From Sarcophilus harrisii (Eukaryota), in assembly GCA_048593225.1 (NCBI GenBank), contig CM109176.1:477563429-477627428 (forward strand): DNA of 64,000 bases. The letters run 5' to 3'. The notes under the pieces were generated by a model. It saw nothing but the letters and a program-made list of their open reading frames with translations, was not told the DNA's origin and made no database searches. Below are positions 27,251 to 39,436 of the stretch, in pieces (within the stretch, counting starts at the first letter, position 1; the number at the start of each line of letters is the position of its first letter). The position numbers were made by a program, and so were the translations under genes.

Positions 27251-30200
27251 GTAAGATTATGAAAATTACAATATTTTTAAGTCAGGTATCCCAATCCATC
27301 TGAAGAAAATTAGAGAGCAAATATTTACTTACATCATCTCTCCTCAAAAGATTGCCATAATTTTCAGCAATGGGAAAAGCAAGAGTAGATTAAGATATCT
27401 CTGAGGATAAAGAATTAAGTCATTAATATATATATTATTATAAGAATTATTATTATTCTCCCTATTCAGTTCCTCTTAATGAAAACTGAAACGAGCCTTG
27501 GTGATAGTAAAACAATATGATTGCAATTTAAGAGTGATAAAACAATCTCAGAGTAAGGGGACCTTAGATCTAGTTATATACTATGTATCGATATTATCTC
27601 TAATAAGCAATCATAGAGCCTCTTTTCACATTTCAATATAGGGAGTTTACCACTTAATAAGGTTCCCCCTCCCCCAGCTATGTTGCCAAGCTCCTTTTCC
27701 TTTATTTTTTAATTCGATTTATGATCACTAGTGCTACCCATACAGGATGTCTTTTTCTCCTCTCACCTTTCATATTACTTAAAAATAGGATATGTTACCT
27801 AAATACATAGTATGGAAGGTTCTGCCACATTGGAAAAACTGAGCATGGTCCAGACAATCTGCTTTCTCAAGACTCACTGAGCCAAGTATGTAGCTGTGTG
27901 GTGCCAATAAGTTGCTTCGTTGTTTATATTCTTTGGCCCTAGTACTCTGCAGTAGAAGCACAAAACAGCCTCCAATCCTGGGCAGCTCCCTTCTGCTGCT
28001 TCTTTATAGTATGCAAACAGGTCAGAGGCATTTATTAAGCACCTCCTATGTGCCAGACACTGAATTCGAGAAAACAAAAGAGTCCATATCCTCTGGGATT
28101 TTGAAAGTTGGTATTCTTCAATGTGAAAATACTTTTCTATTTTTTCTTGTGAACCTAAGCTATTCCACTGATCAACTAGTCTATTTCTTAGCCAATACCA
28201 AATTGTTTTGATGACTGCTGCTTTATAATATAATTTTAAATCTGATACAGCTAGGCCACCTTCATTTGATTTTTTTTTTCATTAATTCCGAAAATACTTT
28301 TCTGTAGACTTAACAAGCAAGCATAACCAGTTGGAATAACTGGAATCTTGACAGTCTTACTATATAAAACAGAAGTTGCAAATGAAGAGAAAGAATGACT
28401 TTTGGATTTTTCTTAAGAATAACGGCACTGATTTTATCCTACACCTAAGGAACATAATTTCAACTATCTGGTCATCTTGTTTGGCAGTGTTTATTACTAG
28501 TATTAGAAGACAGATTGGGGTTTATTTGTTACAGATTCTACAGTTCCACAAAAACTCAAAAGAGCCTCCAAAATTGATCATTATATTTTGTGATTTCAAC
28601 ATAAAGTTGGGAAGGATGAGAAACAGACAGGAAAATAGAAATTAAAGAAAAGTAATGTAGTTCAAAGAAAATCCCTCCATTTTTTCTGTGTTTTGATCAA
28701 AGCCTTACAAAGTAAATAAAGTTCTGTGCTGATAATTAATAAGCACTCTCTAAGAGAAGAACTCTGGGTGATGAACATAATTACCAAATATCACAGAAAA
28801 TAAAATTGCCATTTTAACAAACAAGTAATGATTTTTTCATTGCTGATTCAGTTGTGTACAGCGCAGACCACTGAGTAATCATACTAATTCTAGAAGAATA
28901 GAAATGGGGAAAAATACCCATGCAATTGAAATAATTCAATCTAACAATTTTTGGATAATGAAAATTTTATAAGGACAAAATTTTTGTTTTACATAGATGT
29001 TTTACTGCTGTAAATATAACAATACCAGATCAGTCCCAAATGCTTTGATCAGCAGTTGACTGACTTTGCAGATTGAAAGGAATATTATTTTGTATAATAT
29101 TAAGGACGATATAGTAAGATTGAGCATTATCCCAGAAAAAGTAGAAATAAGCAGAGTAGAATCAATTAAAGAAAGTTTGACAAGAGACTACTAAGTTAAA
29201 ATCATCAAAGGATGAAACTAGAACAGATGAAGAATGGGGAAAAAAAAGGCTACAAAGATTTTTATAACAAGCTTTTTTCACCATCAAAAATGGGAAAATT
29301 ACCATATTTTGACAACATAAAAGCCTGGATGTATTTATAGAGGTGGAAATAACACTGAGGAGAAAAAAGACAATAAAAAGAACTGGATTTAAACTAACAT
29401 CCACAGAGATTTATGCTGAAAATGACAAATTAGGATCGAATCACAAGATATATAAGGTGATTCTTCTGAAGGCATGAAAAAAATCTGATTTTTTGGAAGA
29501 CTGTTCAAGTCACTTTCTGAAAGGCCTTTCCTGATCATTTCCCTTACTTTTCTGCTAAAACCTTCCTTTTGAGATCACCTATTTATACTATGTCCTTTAT
29601 GTACATAATTATTGTTTTGTCTTCTTCGGGAAAAATATAAATTTCTTGAGGGCAGTGATTGTTTTTGCCTTTGTGTCCTTAACATAGTGGCACAATAGTT
29701 AAAAGCTAAACAAAACAAAAACACACAATCCCAAACCATTCCACACATCTTGATCATACAAGTATCTACAAAATGAATGAGATTCTGATGTGTGGATTTA
29801 AAAAAAATTTTGGTTTAGTAGGGCAAAAATGCCAACTTAAAAGATCTTTTTCCAAAAAAATTATATTGTATTCATACTTAAAATTCAAGATCCCTTGGAA
29901 AGATATATTTTTAAAAATTAAAAAACATTTAATCCTCTAATTGTCTATATCAGAAAAACATAAAACACATGCTTGCCAGATGTGATGAAACACCAACAAA
30001 GACTCAAATTTTGAAGGATTTCCTTTTGCTGGTAAGGTCTTCCAGATACTGTTTACAGATTAATGACTGCATGAAATCTTGGATCACAACAGTACTTCCT
30101 AAAAGAAAGTTATAGTCTTTCATGTATTTGGGATAACTATATATCCAGGAAAGACAAAGTGAATTAATAAGGTTTCTTCTTAGCTTTTGTCATGCAGTTG

Positions 30201-30409
30201 GATGGATATAAAAAAATTTTATATCCTATTTATTATGTAGAACTGGGAAAGACAAAACAAATGATCAATGAATCTATTAGTTCCATGATTAAATGGGGGG
30301 GGGGCGGGGAAACAGATATGGGAAAATTGCATAGCTTTTTCCACATTAAAATTTTATTTTTTCTCATTATATTTAGTTTTCAACATTCACTTTGGTAAAT
30401 TTTAAGTTA

Positions 30410-31700
30410 AAATTTTCTTTCCTCTTCCCTCCTCCCCAAGATAGCAAGCAATCTGATGTAGATTATATATGGGTCATTTTAAACATGTTTCCATATTAGT
30501 CATGTTGTGAAGGGAAAAACAAGAAAACAAAAGGTGAAAATATTATGTAAGCTTTGATGCACATTTTTAGTCTCCACAGTTCTCTCTGAATGTGGATAGC
30601 ATTTTTAATCCCAAGTTTATTGGAATTGTCTTGGATATCTTGTGTTGTTGAGATGAGTTGTTTCAGTTGATCTCAGTCTTGCTATTACTGTGTATAGTGT
30701 TCTCCTGGTACTACTTACTTTATTCAGCATCTAACTCTTTGCTCATTTTTTTAAATGGTTATTTTATTTTTCCAAATACATGTAGAGATAGTTTTCAACA
30801 TTTATTTTTGCAAAACTTTGTATTCCACATTTTTTCCCTTCCCCAGGTGGCAAGTAATTTCATGTAGGTTAAATAGGTGCAATTCTTTTGAACATATTTC
30901 CATATTTGTCATGTTACGCAAGAAAAAAATCAAATGGGGGGAAAAAACCCCACAAAAAAGAAAGCAAGTAAACAGCATCCCCTGCACCAGAAAAAAAAAG
31001 TGAATATGTTTTGATCTACGTTCAGTCTCCATAGTTCTTTCTCTGAATGTATATGGCTCTCTCCATCCTAAGTTTATTAGAATTGCCTTGAATCACTACA
31101 TTGTGAAAAGAGTCATTTGATCATCACATAATCTTGTTGCTACATCTCCCAGTTCTGCTCATTTCACTCAGCATCAGATCATGTAAATCTCTTCAGGCCT
31201 TTCAGAAATCCTGCTGATTGTTTTTTTATTTAATAGCTGCCACCAACACTTTTGGGTCCCTTTCCCTCCTTTAAGATCTCTTTGGGATATGTCCAGTAGG
31301 AACACTGTTGGGTCAAAAATTATGCAGAGTTTTATAGTTCTTTGGGCATAGTTCCAAATTGCTTTCAGAATGTTTGGATCACTTCACAAATCCACCAACA
31401 GTGTATTCAGTGTCCCAGTTTTCCCACATCCCCTCCAACATTTCCTCATTATCTTTTCTTGTCATATTGGCCTGAGAAGGGTGTAGTGGTACCTCAGTTT
31501 TAATTTACAGTTTTCTAATCAGAAGTGATTTAGCTGCTCATCATTTCTCATAGAACAATAACATATAACACAACTTATTCAGCCACTCTCCAATTGATGG
31601 GCATCTACTCAATTTCCAATTATTTGACACCACAAAAAAAGCTGCTGTGAATATTTTTGTTCATAATGATGAGCTTTTTGGTATTTTTGGGATACAGACC
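30410..31700 (-). mobile_element. L1 LINE 3' region (3' UTR plus ORF2 C-terminus), antisense, with an internal partial duplication (about 30420-30760 and 30840-31100)
   Basis: Shares …cctccccaagatagcaagcaa…ttccatattagtcatgttg… and …ctgctcatttcactcagcatcagatcatgtaaatctcttcaggcc… with the L1 copy at 52272-53263. Confidence 0.7.
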
Positions 31701-33316
31701 CAGTAGTGGATTGCATAGAATTTACAAAGAACGTTCATTAGAAAAGCTAACAATGTTTTAGGAGAAACATTGAAGTCTCTTAAGACTTAAAAATGGAGTG
31801 CGACTTATGATGGGTGTGAACATTCTAAAATAAGCCTTGAAACTAGAGTAACAAAAGTTTGTATTAAAAGCAAATTCATACGACATGGCTAATGTTCACT
31901 TCACCAAATGTGAAGTTTCCTCACCTATAAACTTATATCTTACAGAGTATTTCCCCCTTTCAAGATAAAACAAACCAGTCTGTTGGAAATCTTAAGTTAC
32001 ATACAGTGTTTTACAATCGTCGTCCCTTATAAAGCTGTAAAAACAAAATGGAGAAGTGCCTTTTCAAATCTTAATATAGTCTAAGTTTGGCAATTACAAT
32101 TTCATTGCATTTAATTGTTTTTCTTGTTTTCATTTATACTGTTAAAATTATTGTATTTTATGTTTTCTCTCTGGTTCTGATTACTTTGCATCAGTTCATG
32201 AGGTTTCTTCAACTATAAATATTCTACTTCTACCATTTTGAAAATCATCCTTGAAAATTTCAATCTTACCTACTAAAATTTTAAGGACAAAAATTGATTT
32301 CCATGTAGTAAGAAAAACATCCTTTTACTTAAATTTATCTTTTTAAGATAAGGTGCTTAGGTGGATGTGGAGGAGCATGTAGGAAAAAAGTCGGTTCTCT
32401 AAGTATTCTAGACAAAACAAATGGCAGCCTCAAATCATAATCATAGTATTTTTTTTAATTTTAAAAAACTATAGTAAACATTTTGGATTCATAATTTATT
32501 TTGATGACCAGTACAGATTTACTATTTCTGTAAATAGTAGGTAAGGTAAACAAAACACTAGTAGGAAGGAATAGTTTACATAGCTTCCTTTTCATACTTA
32601 TGTATTTTTTAGTCATTTATGGAGTTAAATATTTATGGAGTCAAAAAGTATTAAGGGATATGGCCCAATATATATATATAATAGTCCTAGATAGAAAATA
32701 AAAAACAACATACCCTAGAAACATTGAAACTATTTATAATGCATGATAGCTAGGGAACCAAACTATATCTCTTCTGTTACTCATCCTCAGATACCATGGG
32801 TTTTTTCCAGGGTCCAGGCCCCCCAAGGCAGATAGATGATGGTATTTCATTCCAATCTGGCTTCCAGGGGCAGTAGAGACACCCCAGATCTCTATGGAGT
32901 AAGATTTGGGAAATGTGACTTGAAATTAGAAGGAACCTCTGAAGTAATCTGGTCCAACCTGTACCTGAACAGATAACTACACGATATTTCTTAAGCTTTT
33001 AGTGATTGAAAACTAATTCATATGCACTTATTACAATTTTGTACAGTTCTGGACAAAGGAAATAAATCTGAAACAATGTGGTTGATTCTTTTTTTTTTTT
33101 TAATTAGAAGATCTAAGTTTACATAATAGTTTTGTCTTTTACTTAAGTCTTTGGACCTTAGTTTTTTAGTTTGTAAAATATAAAATTGGATGTATTTCTA
33201 AGGTCCTTTCCAGTTCTAGGTCTTCCAATTGGAAAAATTATGAAAATTTCAGAGCAGGTAGTACTTAGAAAATTAAGTTTTTTTTTCCAATTTTTTTTTT
33301 TTTTTTTTTTTTTTAG

Positions 33317-33457
33317 ATTGAAAAGGTTTTAAAAAGTGGGTGCCATGTTATCTTGTTTCCAAATGGAACCCGGAAAGAAGTGAGTTCAGATGGAAAAACT
33401 ACCACTATTACTTTTTTCAATGGAGATGTGAAAAAAGTCATGCCAGATGGAAGAGTG
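33317..33457 (+). CDS. CENPJ: CENPJ G-box/TCP10 C-terminal domain exon; [47 protein letters not shown]
   Basis: Acceptor (T)n ag|ATT and donor GTG|GTATGT. Matches the human CPAP G-box motif strongly ([44 protein letters not shown]). Confidence 0.9.
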
Positions 33458-33587
33458 GTATGTTTCCATATATATTTTCTACCCCTTTATGTTTCACATA
33501 CACACACACAGATAGTTTTTGTATAGAACTATATATGTATATGTGTTGTACATTCCCCCCCCCACACACAATATGAGCAAATCGTAG

Positions 33588-33698
<111 letters not shown>

Positions 33699-33810
33699 TG
33701 ATTTTTTTTTTTTTTTTTGCAATTCCGTCTCTGCTCCTATTTACTCTCCAAAGCAATTCAAAATGAGAATTCAGGTTCATGTCATACAATATACTATATC
33801 TTTAAACCAG

Positions 33811-33931
33811 AAAAGCATTTTCCAGATGGAAGAAAAGAAATCACATTTCCTGACCAGTCCATTAAAAATTTATTTGAAGATGGGAGAGAAGAAAGCATTT
33901 TCCCCGATGGTACCATTGTTCGAGTACAACA
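33811..33931 (+). CDS. CENPJ: CENPJ G-box exon; (E)[39 protein letters not shown](Q)
   Basis: Acceptor tttaaaccag|AA and donor CAACA|GTAAGA. Phase 1 in, phase 2 out. Matches human [40 protein letters not shown]. Confidence 0.85.
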
Positions 33932-34997
33932 GTAAGACTTGCTTAAATCTAACAGTATTTTTAAAATTGCACTCTGGCTTTTCTTACTAATGTCATTTCA
34001 CTCTCATTCAAAAACAAACTTGCACATTTTGTATTCTGAGTGTCAGATATTGATTAGGTCATTAGTTAAGACATACTGCAAATAGATAGCATCTTTACCC
34101 TAATAAATTTAGCACTGGTTAATAATCTAATCAAAAAACTGCATATTTATTAAACTCTTAACATTCAGATATTCTATATAAATAATGCATGAGCAGATGA
34201 TGATAAATTCAAGTCAGTGAATGTTTCCTGACAGCATTATTATTTTAGTTGGATCTCAGGTAGGAATGAATTTAGGAAAGATTTGTGTGTATACTGACAG
34301 GGTAGCCTAACAGCTAGCATGATTAGCATTTGATGAGATAAAGGAAAGGCACTATACAGTTTTGTAGTAGCTATGGACTAGATAGTTGCAGAGATGTGCA
34401 TGAAGACCATGTGCTTGCAGTAATCAAAGCATAAGATTAGAAGGTCTGGACCAAGATGATCAAAACAAAGAAAGGGTCATATTTGAAGAGTCATATTTTT
34501 CCTCCAATTTAAAAAAAAAATAGAATTTATTAATAAGTAGGTACAGAAGATAAAGGTACACAGCAGTTTTATTGAACTCTATGGAACATGAGAGCTTTTG
34601 GTAAAGAAGATAACAGTAAATAAACACAGTTTCTACTATAACATGCTTGGATTTTAGTGTGGCATCAAGCACAGAGGCAAAAGGAGATATAATATTAGGT
34701 TAGAACCCTGAAACATGAGGAAATTAGATGCAAAATCTGTAGAGGGAAGGGAGAACTGAATTTTGACTGCATATGAGGAACATGTGTGTGTGTGTGTGGG
34801 GATTGGGAGTGAGGAGAGTGTGTCTGAGGAACCAACTTGGGGGGGGTTGGGAGTGAGGAGGGAGTATCTATGAGGAACCATCTATTGAAGACAAAGATGG
34901 AGAAAAAATTGGGAGCTAATATTATTGGAGGTAGTGGCACCTCCTACATATAATGGGAAGAGAAACGTTAACTAAATTATTTTTTTTTTTTAAATAG

Positions 34998-35190
34998 AGA
35001 TGGCAACAAAATAATAGAATTTAACAATGGCCAAAGAGAACTTCACACTCCTCAGTTCAAGAGACGAGAATATCCAGATGGGACCATTAAGACTGTATAC
35101 TCTAATGGCCACCAAGAAACAAAGTTTATATCTGGTCGAGTAAGAATTAAAGATAAGGATGGAAATGTTTTGATGGACACCAAGTTGTAG
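34998..35190 (+). CDS. CENPJ: CENPJ terminal coding exon with stop; (Q)[63 protein letters not shown]
   Basis: Acceptor (T)n aaatag|AGA and stop TAG at 35188-35190. Matches the human CPAP C-terminus ...RIRVKDKEGNVLMDTEL*. Confidence 0.9.
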
Positions 35191-35354
35191 CAAACTGTTT
35201 CTTAATCATGAAGTGATATGTGGTGCTTTGACAACAAATTACTTTTAAAAATGTATATATCATCATTTCTTTTAAAAAAAAAATGTATATTTCTGTAAAT
35301 TCCATAGCAACTTGTTAATCTGTACATAGTATATTGATGTTTTCAGATATCTAA

Positions 35355-35360
35355 AATAAA
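35355..35360 (+). terminator. CENPJ: Candidate polyadenylation signal (AATAAA) for CENPJ, about 165 nt downstream of the stop
   Basis: The AATAAA hexamer sits in the AT-rich 3' flank with a T/GT-rich tract following. Other hexamers further downstream cannot be excluded. Confidence 0.4.
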
Positions 35361-38271
35361 GTTTAAATTTGATAGCTTGTCTTACTTGAGCTTTGATATT
35401 TTTGCAAAGGATTGATGTTGAAATGGAAGACAAAAAAATAGAACCATGAAAGTTAACCAACTAACAAAAGATAAAATTGACTTTTTTCCTAAATGAAAAC
35501 TGTAGCGTTAGTATATTGCCAATACTCATTTCAATTTAAAATCTAACTTTTAAAATACAATGGTAACAGTACATATGATGAAGTAATTATGTGGAAGTCA
35601 AAACTTTGGGTAATTAAGCATGGGGAATAGGGCTGATGCCAGCAAGTTTTTACAAGTTTACTACTGCCAGGTAAATGGAAGGAAAGCGGAGTCCCAGGCT
35701 CCCTTGTATCTTAAAAGTTTGTAATAAGGATTCAAATGTGGTTAAAATAATCTCATTCATATGCTGAGATAACTGTTAACTATTCTATTTACTTTCCTCA
35801 TAACAGTATAATTCTCATTGCGATGATTTTACAGTTAATCTAGGGCTGAAAGTTTGTGATTAGCCTAAGGTCACGTAATTTTTAAACTGATATCTGTAAT
35901 CAGGTCTCTTGGCAATCTTCATTTATTTCCTTCAAAGTTCCTTGTAACTGGGGCTCTTTGATCTTTTGTCTTTGAATGGCCACTTCAGCCTTCTACATAG
36001 AACAGGCACTTAAATGCATGCTAGATTTCTACCTCATCCCCACACTTTGGGGAAGCCACTTTAAGAAACTTCAGAGAAAGGATAAGTTGGACCCAAAAAA
36101 TTAAATGGCCAGCTCAAGAACCAGATGCCAAGGGACACTTCGCTTCTAGCCTGGCAGGCTAGCCTTTGACAACTTCAGGAAAGAGAGTTTATATGACCCA
36201 GAATCAAAGCTACTCTGTGAGAGGAATTTGAACTCGACTCTTGTGTAAAAGGAATTTGAATTTGTCTCTAGCAGAGAATCCCAGGGTCTTGGTCTTTGTC
36301 CTGTTTAATTAATTGAATGGCAGCACAGGTGGCCATTTTAGAAGAGAGAATGACACACTGGACGTATTGCCAATAGAGGACAATCTGATAAGGGCAGGAA
36401 AGATCATTTAGCTGTTGGGAGAGGAAGTGGGGAAGGAGGTGGAGAGAAAAGAGCCAGGAAGAACAGAAACAGAACCAATAGACTGACTTCAGTTTAAAAT
36501 AGGGAAAAACATCACAGTAGTGGTTGCAGTCCTAAAATAGATTAACCTGCCCCAGGAGGTAATGGATGTTCCATAAAAAAGTCACTCTGGTGAATAAGAT
36601 GTTAGCTGCTTGTGTTTTGACTGATTTAGGAAAGCATGAACAAAAATGTAATTTTTAATTTTTCTGACTCAATATGGGTACCATCTTACTGACAAAATAT
36701 TATGTATGACTTAACTTACATAAACTATAAAGTTGATGATGACCATTACGTTTATTTATACAATAACATACTACAGGATAGGAAATTTTTCCAACAAGAT
36801 TTTATGTCAATGTACATGGCAAAATAAGAGAATGAATCAAGAAAAGTTTATAAACAGACTCAAAACAAACGTTTATTAAGTATATTCTTTGATAATTTTT
36901 AAAAGAATTCCTAACAATCCAACACAGAGGACAGTATATGAAAATAATCATGTTGAAAAACTAAACAAAAATAAGCCTAAACTACTCTATAAACATAGAA
37001 CTGAAATCTTTCTTCTGGGCTGCCACGTGTTCAGCATGATACAGAATATACCTGAAAAACAAAAGTTCTGGTATAATTGTATATCTACATTTTAAAGTCT
37101 AGATTTCTGGATGTTTCTTGATCTAGACTTTTTTTATATAACCAATTACAAAAAATCCATTAGATTTTCTTATGTACTTTAATGAAATTCTGTGGGTTAG
37201 CCTGATTGAAATTAGCTTTTACTTTCGATGGCTGAACATTATTCTTGTTAACATTCAGTTTTCTTCCAAAGGAAAGATGGTACAAAATGATTCAGCCCAA
37301 CATTTCTGGATTATAAACATCCAAAAAATTACCCCTCCCAATAAACTTTATTTTGTTTATATACAAAACTGATTTTTTCTTCTTTGAGAAACTACCTTAA
37401 TGTGACCACAGTTAAGTCTTTTAATCTCTTTGTGCCTATTTCCCACTTGATGACTCCTAATAATATTCATTCTTGTTCTAATATTCTCAGTTCACACACA
37501 AAAATATGAAACTGGACAAGTCAATTACTTACATGTACAGATATTTTCACATGTACATACATATACATATATATAATCTAGTCCAATCAACAAAAATTTC
37601 TCCCTCAACAGATTATCAGAATGGCTCTAGTAAGTCACCGTAGAGGTACAGAAACTAACCTAAATAGCTGCTGAAAACTACTGGCACATGCTGATTGTCT
37701 AATGGCTATTGATATTAATATAGAATAGTACCTAGAGATGTGGGCACTGTGGTACTGGTGCTGCTCCATTTCAAAAGATAAAGGGAAGATAAGATATTCA
37801 AGAGAAGACAGGACCATGCTTTCTTTAGGGGAATTTCCCACTAAGTTCATTTGCCATTTCTGAGGCAACAAGGGAAAAATCATGACATATGACACTGATA
37901 TCTGTAACTAATCATAAGTTGTGCCTAGTTAGGTCAGAAAGCATTATATACACTTACATCATTCATCCAAATCTGCAAGTCCCATTTCTATCAATGACAT
38001 ATGAACTGGATATTGTTCATCTTCATATAAAGTCACTATATATTCTGGTGATTGGGTCTAAAACAAAAGTAGAGTTTGTCAAACAAAAGTACATCCAAAT
38101 CATCCCTTCTTTTTTATTCTATCCTAAGCCATTTGCTATGTATACAACAGCCCTGTTAACCCATTCAACCAATTTCCATGATTTAAATGCTAAAATTAAT
38201 TCTTGTATTACTCACAAAGCCTTTCTGGACAGAATCAATTCTGATGCCAACATTCTTGTGAGATAATCTCT

Positions 38272-38277
38272 TGTGTG

Positions 38278-38310
<33 letters not shown>
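38272..38310. repeat. (GT)n microsatellite
   Basis: gtgtgtgcgtgtatgtgtgtgtgtgtgtgtgtgtgtgtg. Confidence 0.9.
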
Positions 38311-38314
<4 letters not shown>

Positions 38315-38970
38315 GCATATAGACGAACACTATATACATTTGTAACTGTATTCAGATACATTTATATCCAGATACCTGATCTAAATTATTTTTGAGAAGC
38401 TCTGTCCTTAACAGGACTATTCCATATTCCAAAGAACGTCACATACATAGTGGCAAAACACACACTCTAAATATAAAAATAATAGATTTGAAATAAACTC
38501 ATCTCTCCCTGTCATGGCTTCTAGGTTTTATACTTCAAGGAAACTATGGTCATTTACTTTAACAGAAATAATCAGAGATTATTCCTATTTGGAATTTCTG
38601 ACACTGAAATCTTAAAATTTCACAATTAATGCAAATAATAACACTTAATGAATTTCAAGTTTGGATAACGAAAGCAAGACTGTCACTTGATCTCTAATAA
38701 ACCTTAAAATTGTCTTTAGATCAATATGCTTTTATATATCAATGATGTCAAATTCAAATGGTAAGGGATCCAGGGATCTATGTTGTAATTTTATTAAACA
38801 TTTCCCAGTTACATTTAAATATGATTCTAGTCACAGAACCATATTTTAATACCTGTGTCAAAGCCTAACCTAACATTTTCACATACAGCACCTCTGTATT
38901 CAGTGATACCAAATTACCTTGGAAAATTCTGAAATCTTAACTATTTCTGCCAATTAGAATAAAAATTTAC

Positions 38971-39160
38971 CAGTGAGGAAGCATAAAGCTGTTTTCCTTG
39001 AAGACAATCTATCATAGCCCACATGGCTTCCATGCTCCACTTAGGGCAATATGGAATTCTTGTCTTTTCTGAATCTTTTAATGGAGGTTTAAATCCAGCC
39101 AAAAGAACTTTTACGGCCCGGGCAGGATATTTCATAAGATGGAGAGGAATTTGACGCAGT
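38971..39160 (-). CDS. RNF17: RNF17 coding exon (Tudor C-terminal part); (R)[63 protein letters not shown]
   Basis: Acceptor tctatttcag|A and donor CTCACTG|GTAAAT. Contains the LP.QA..C.LAGIKP motif. The ORF-track entry 38941-39135(-) overlaps it. Downstream terminal exon(s) not resolved. Confidence 0.9.
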
Positions 39161-39300
39161 CTGAAATAGAAAAATCATTAAAACCTATAGCATGTAACGA
39201 TTTAACGCTTTTTAAAAATTAGAATTATGAACAACTCAGATACTTTTGGAGAAAGTAAAAAAGATAATGCCCTTAAAACACTGCTAAATGTTGAATTCAC

Positions 39301-39436
39301 CTGCTTGTTGGCAATTTTTCAGTTGATCCATAGTCAACAAATTGAACCAAGATAGCAAGGGGATCAAATTCTTTGATGGAAAGAATCTTTGCTCGGTACC
39401 ATAAACCATCATTATATTCTGCAAGACAAGGCATTT
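39301..39436 (-). CDS. RNF17: RNF17 coding exon (Tudor core); (E)[44 protein letters not shown](R)
   Basis: Acceptor ttctctctccag|AA and donor AGCAG|GTGAAT. Textbook Tudor core: C.A.Y.DG.WYRA.I......V.FVDYG..E. Confidence 0.9.
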
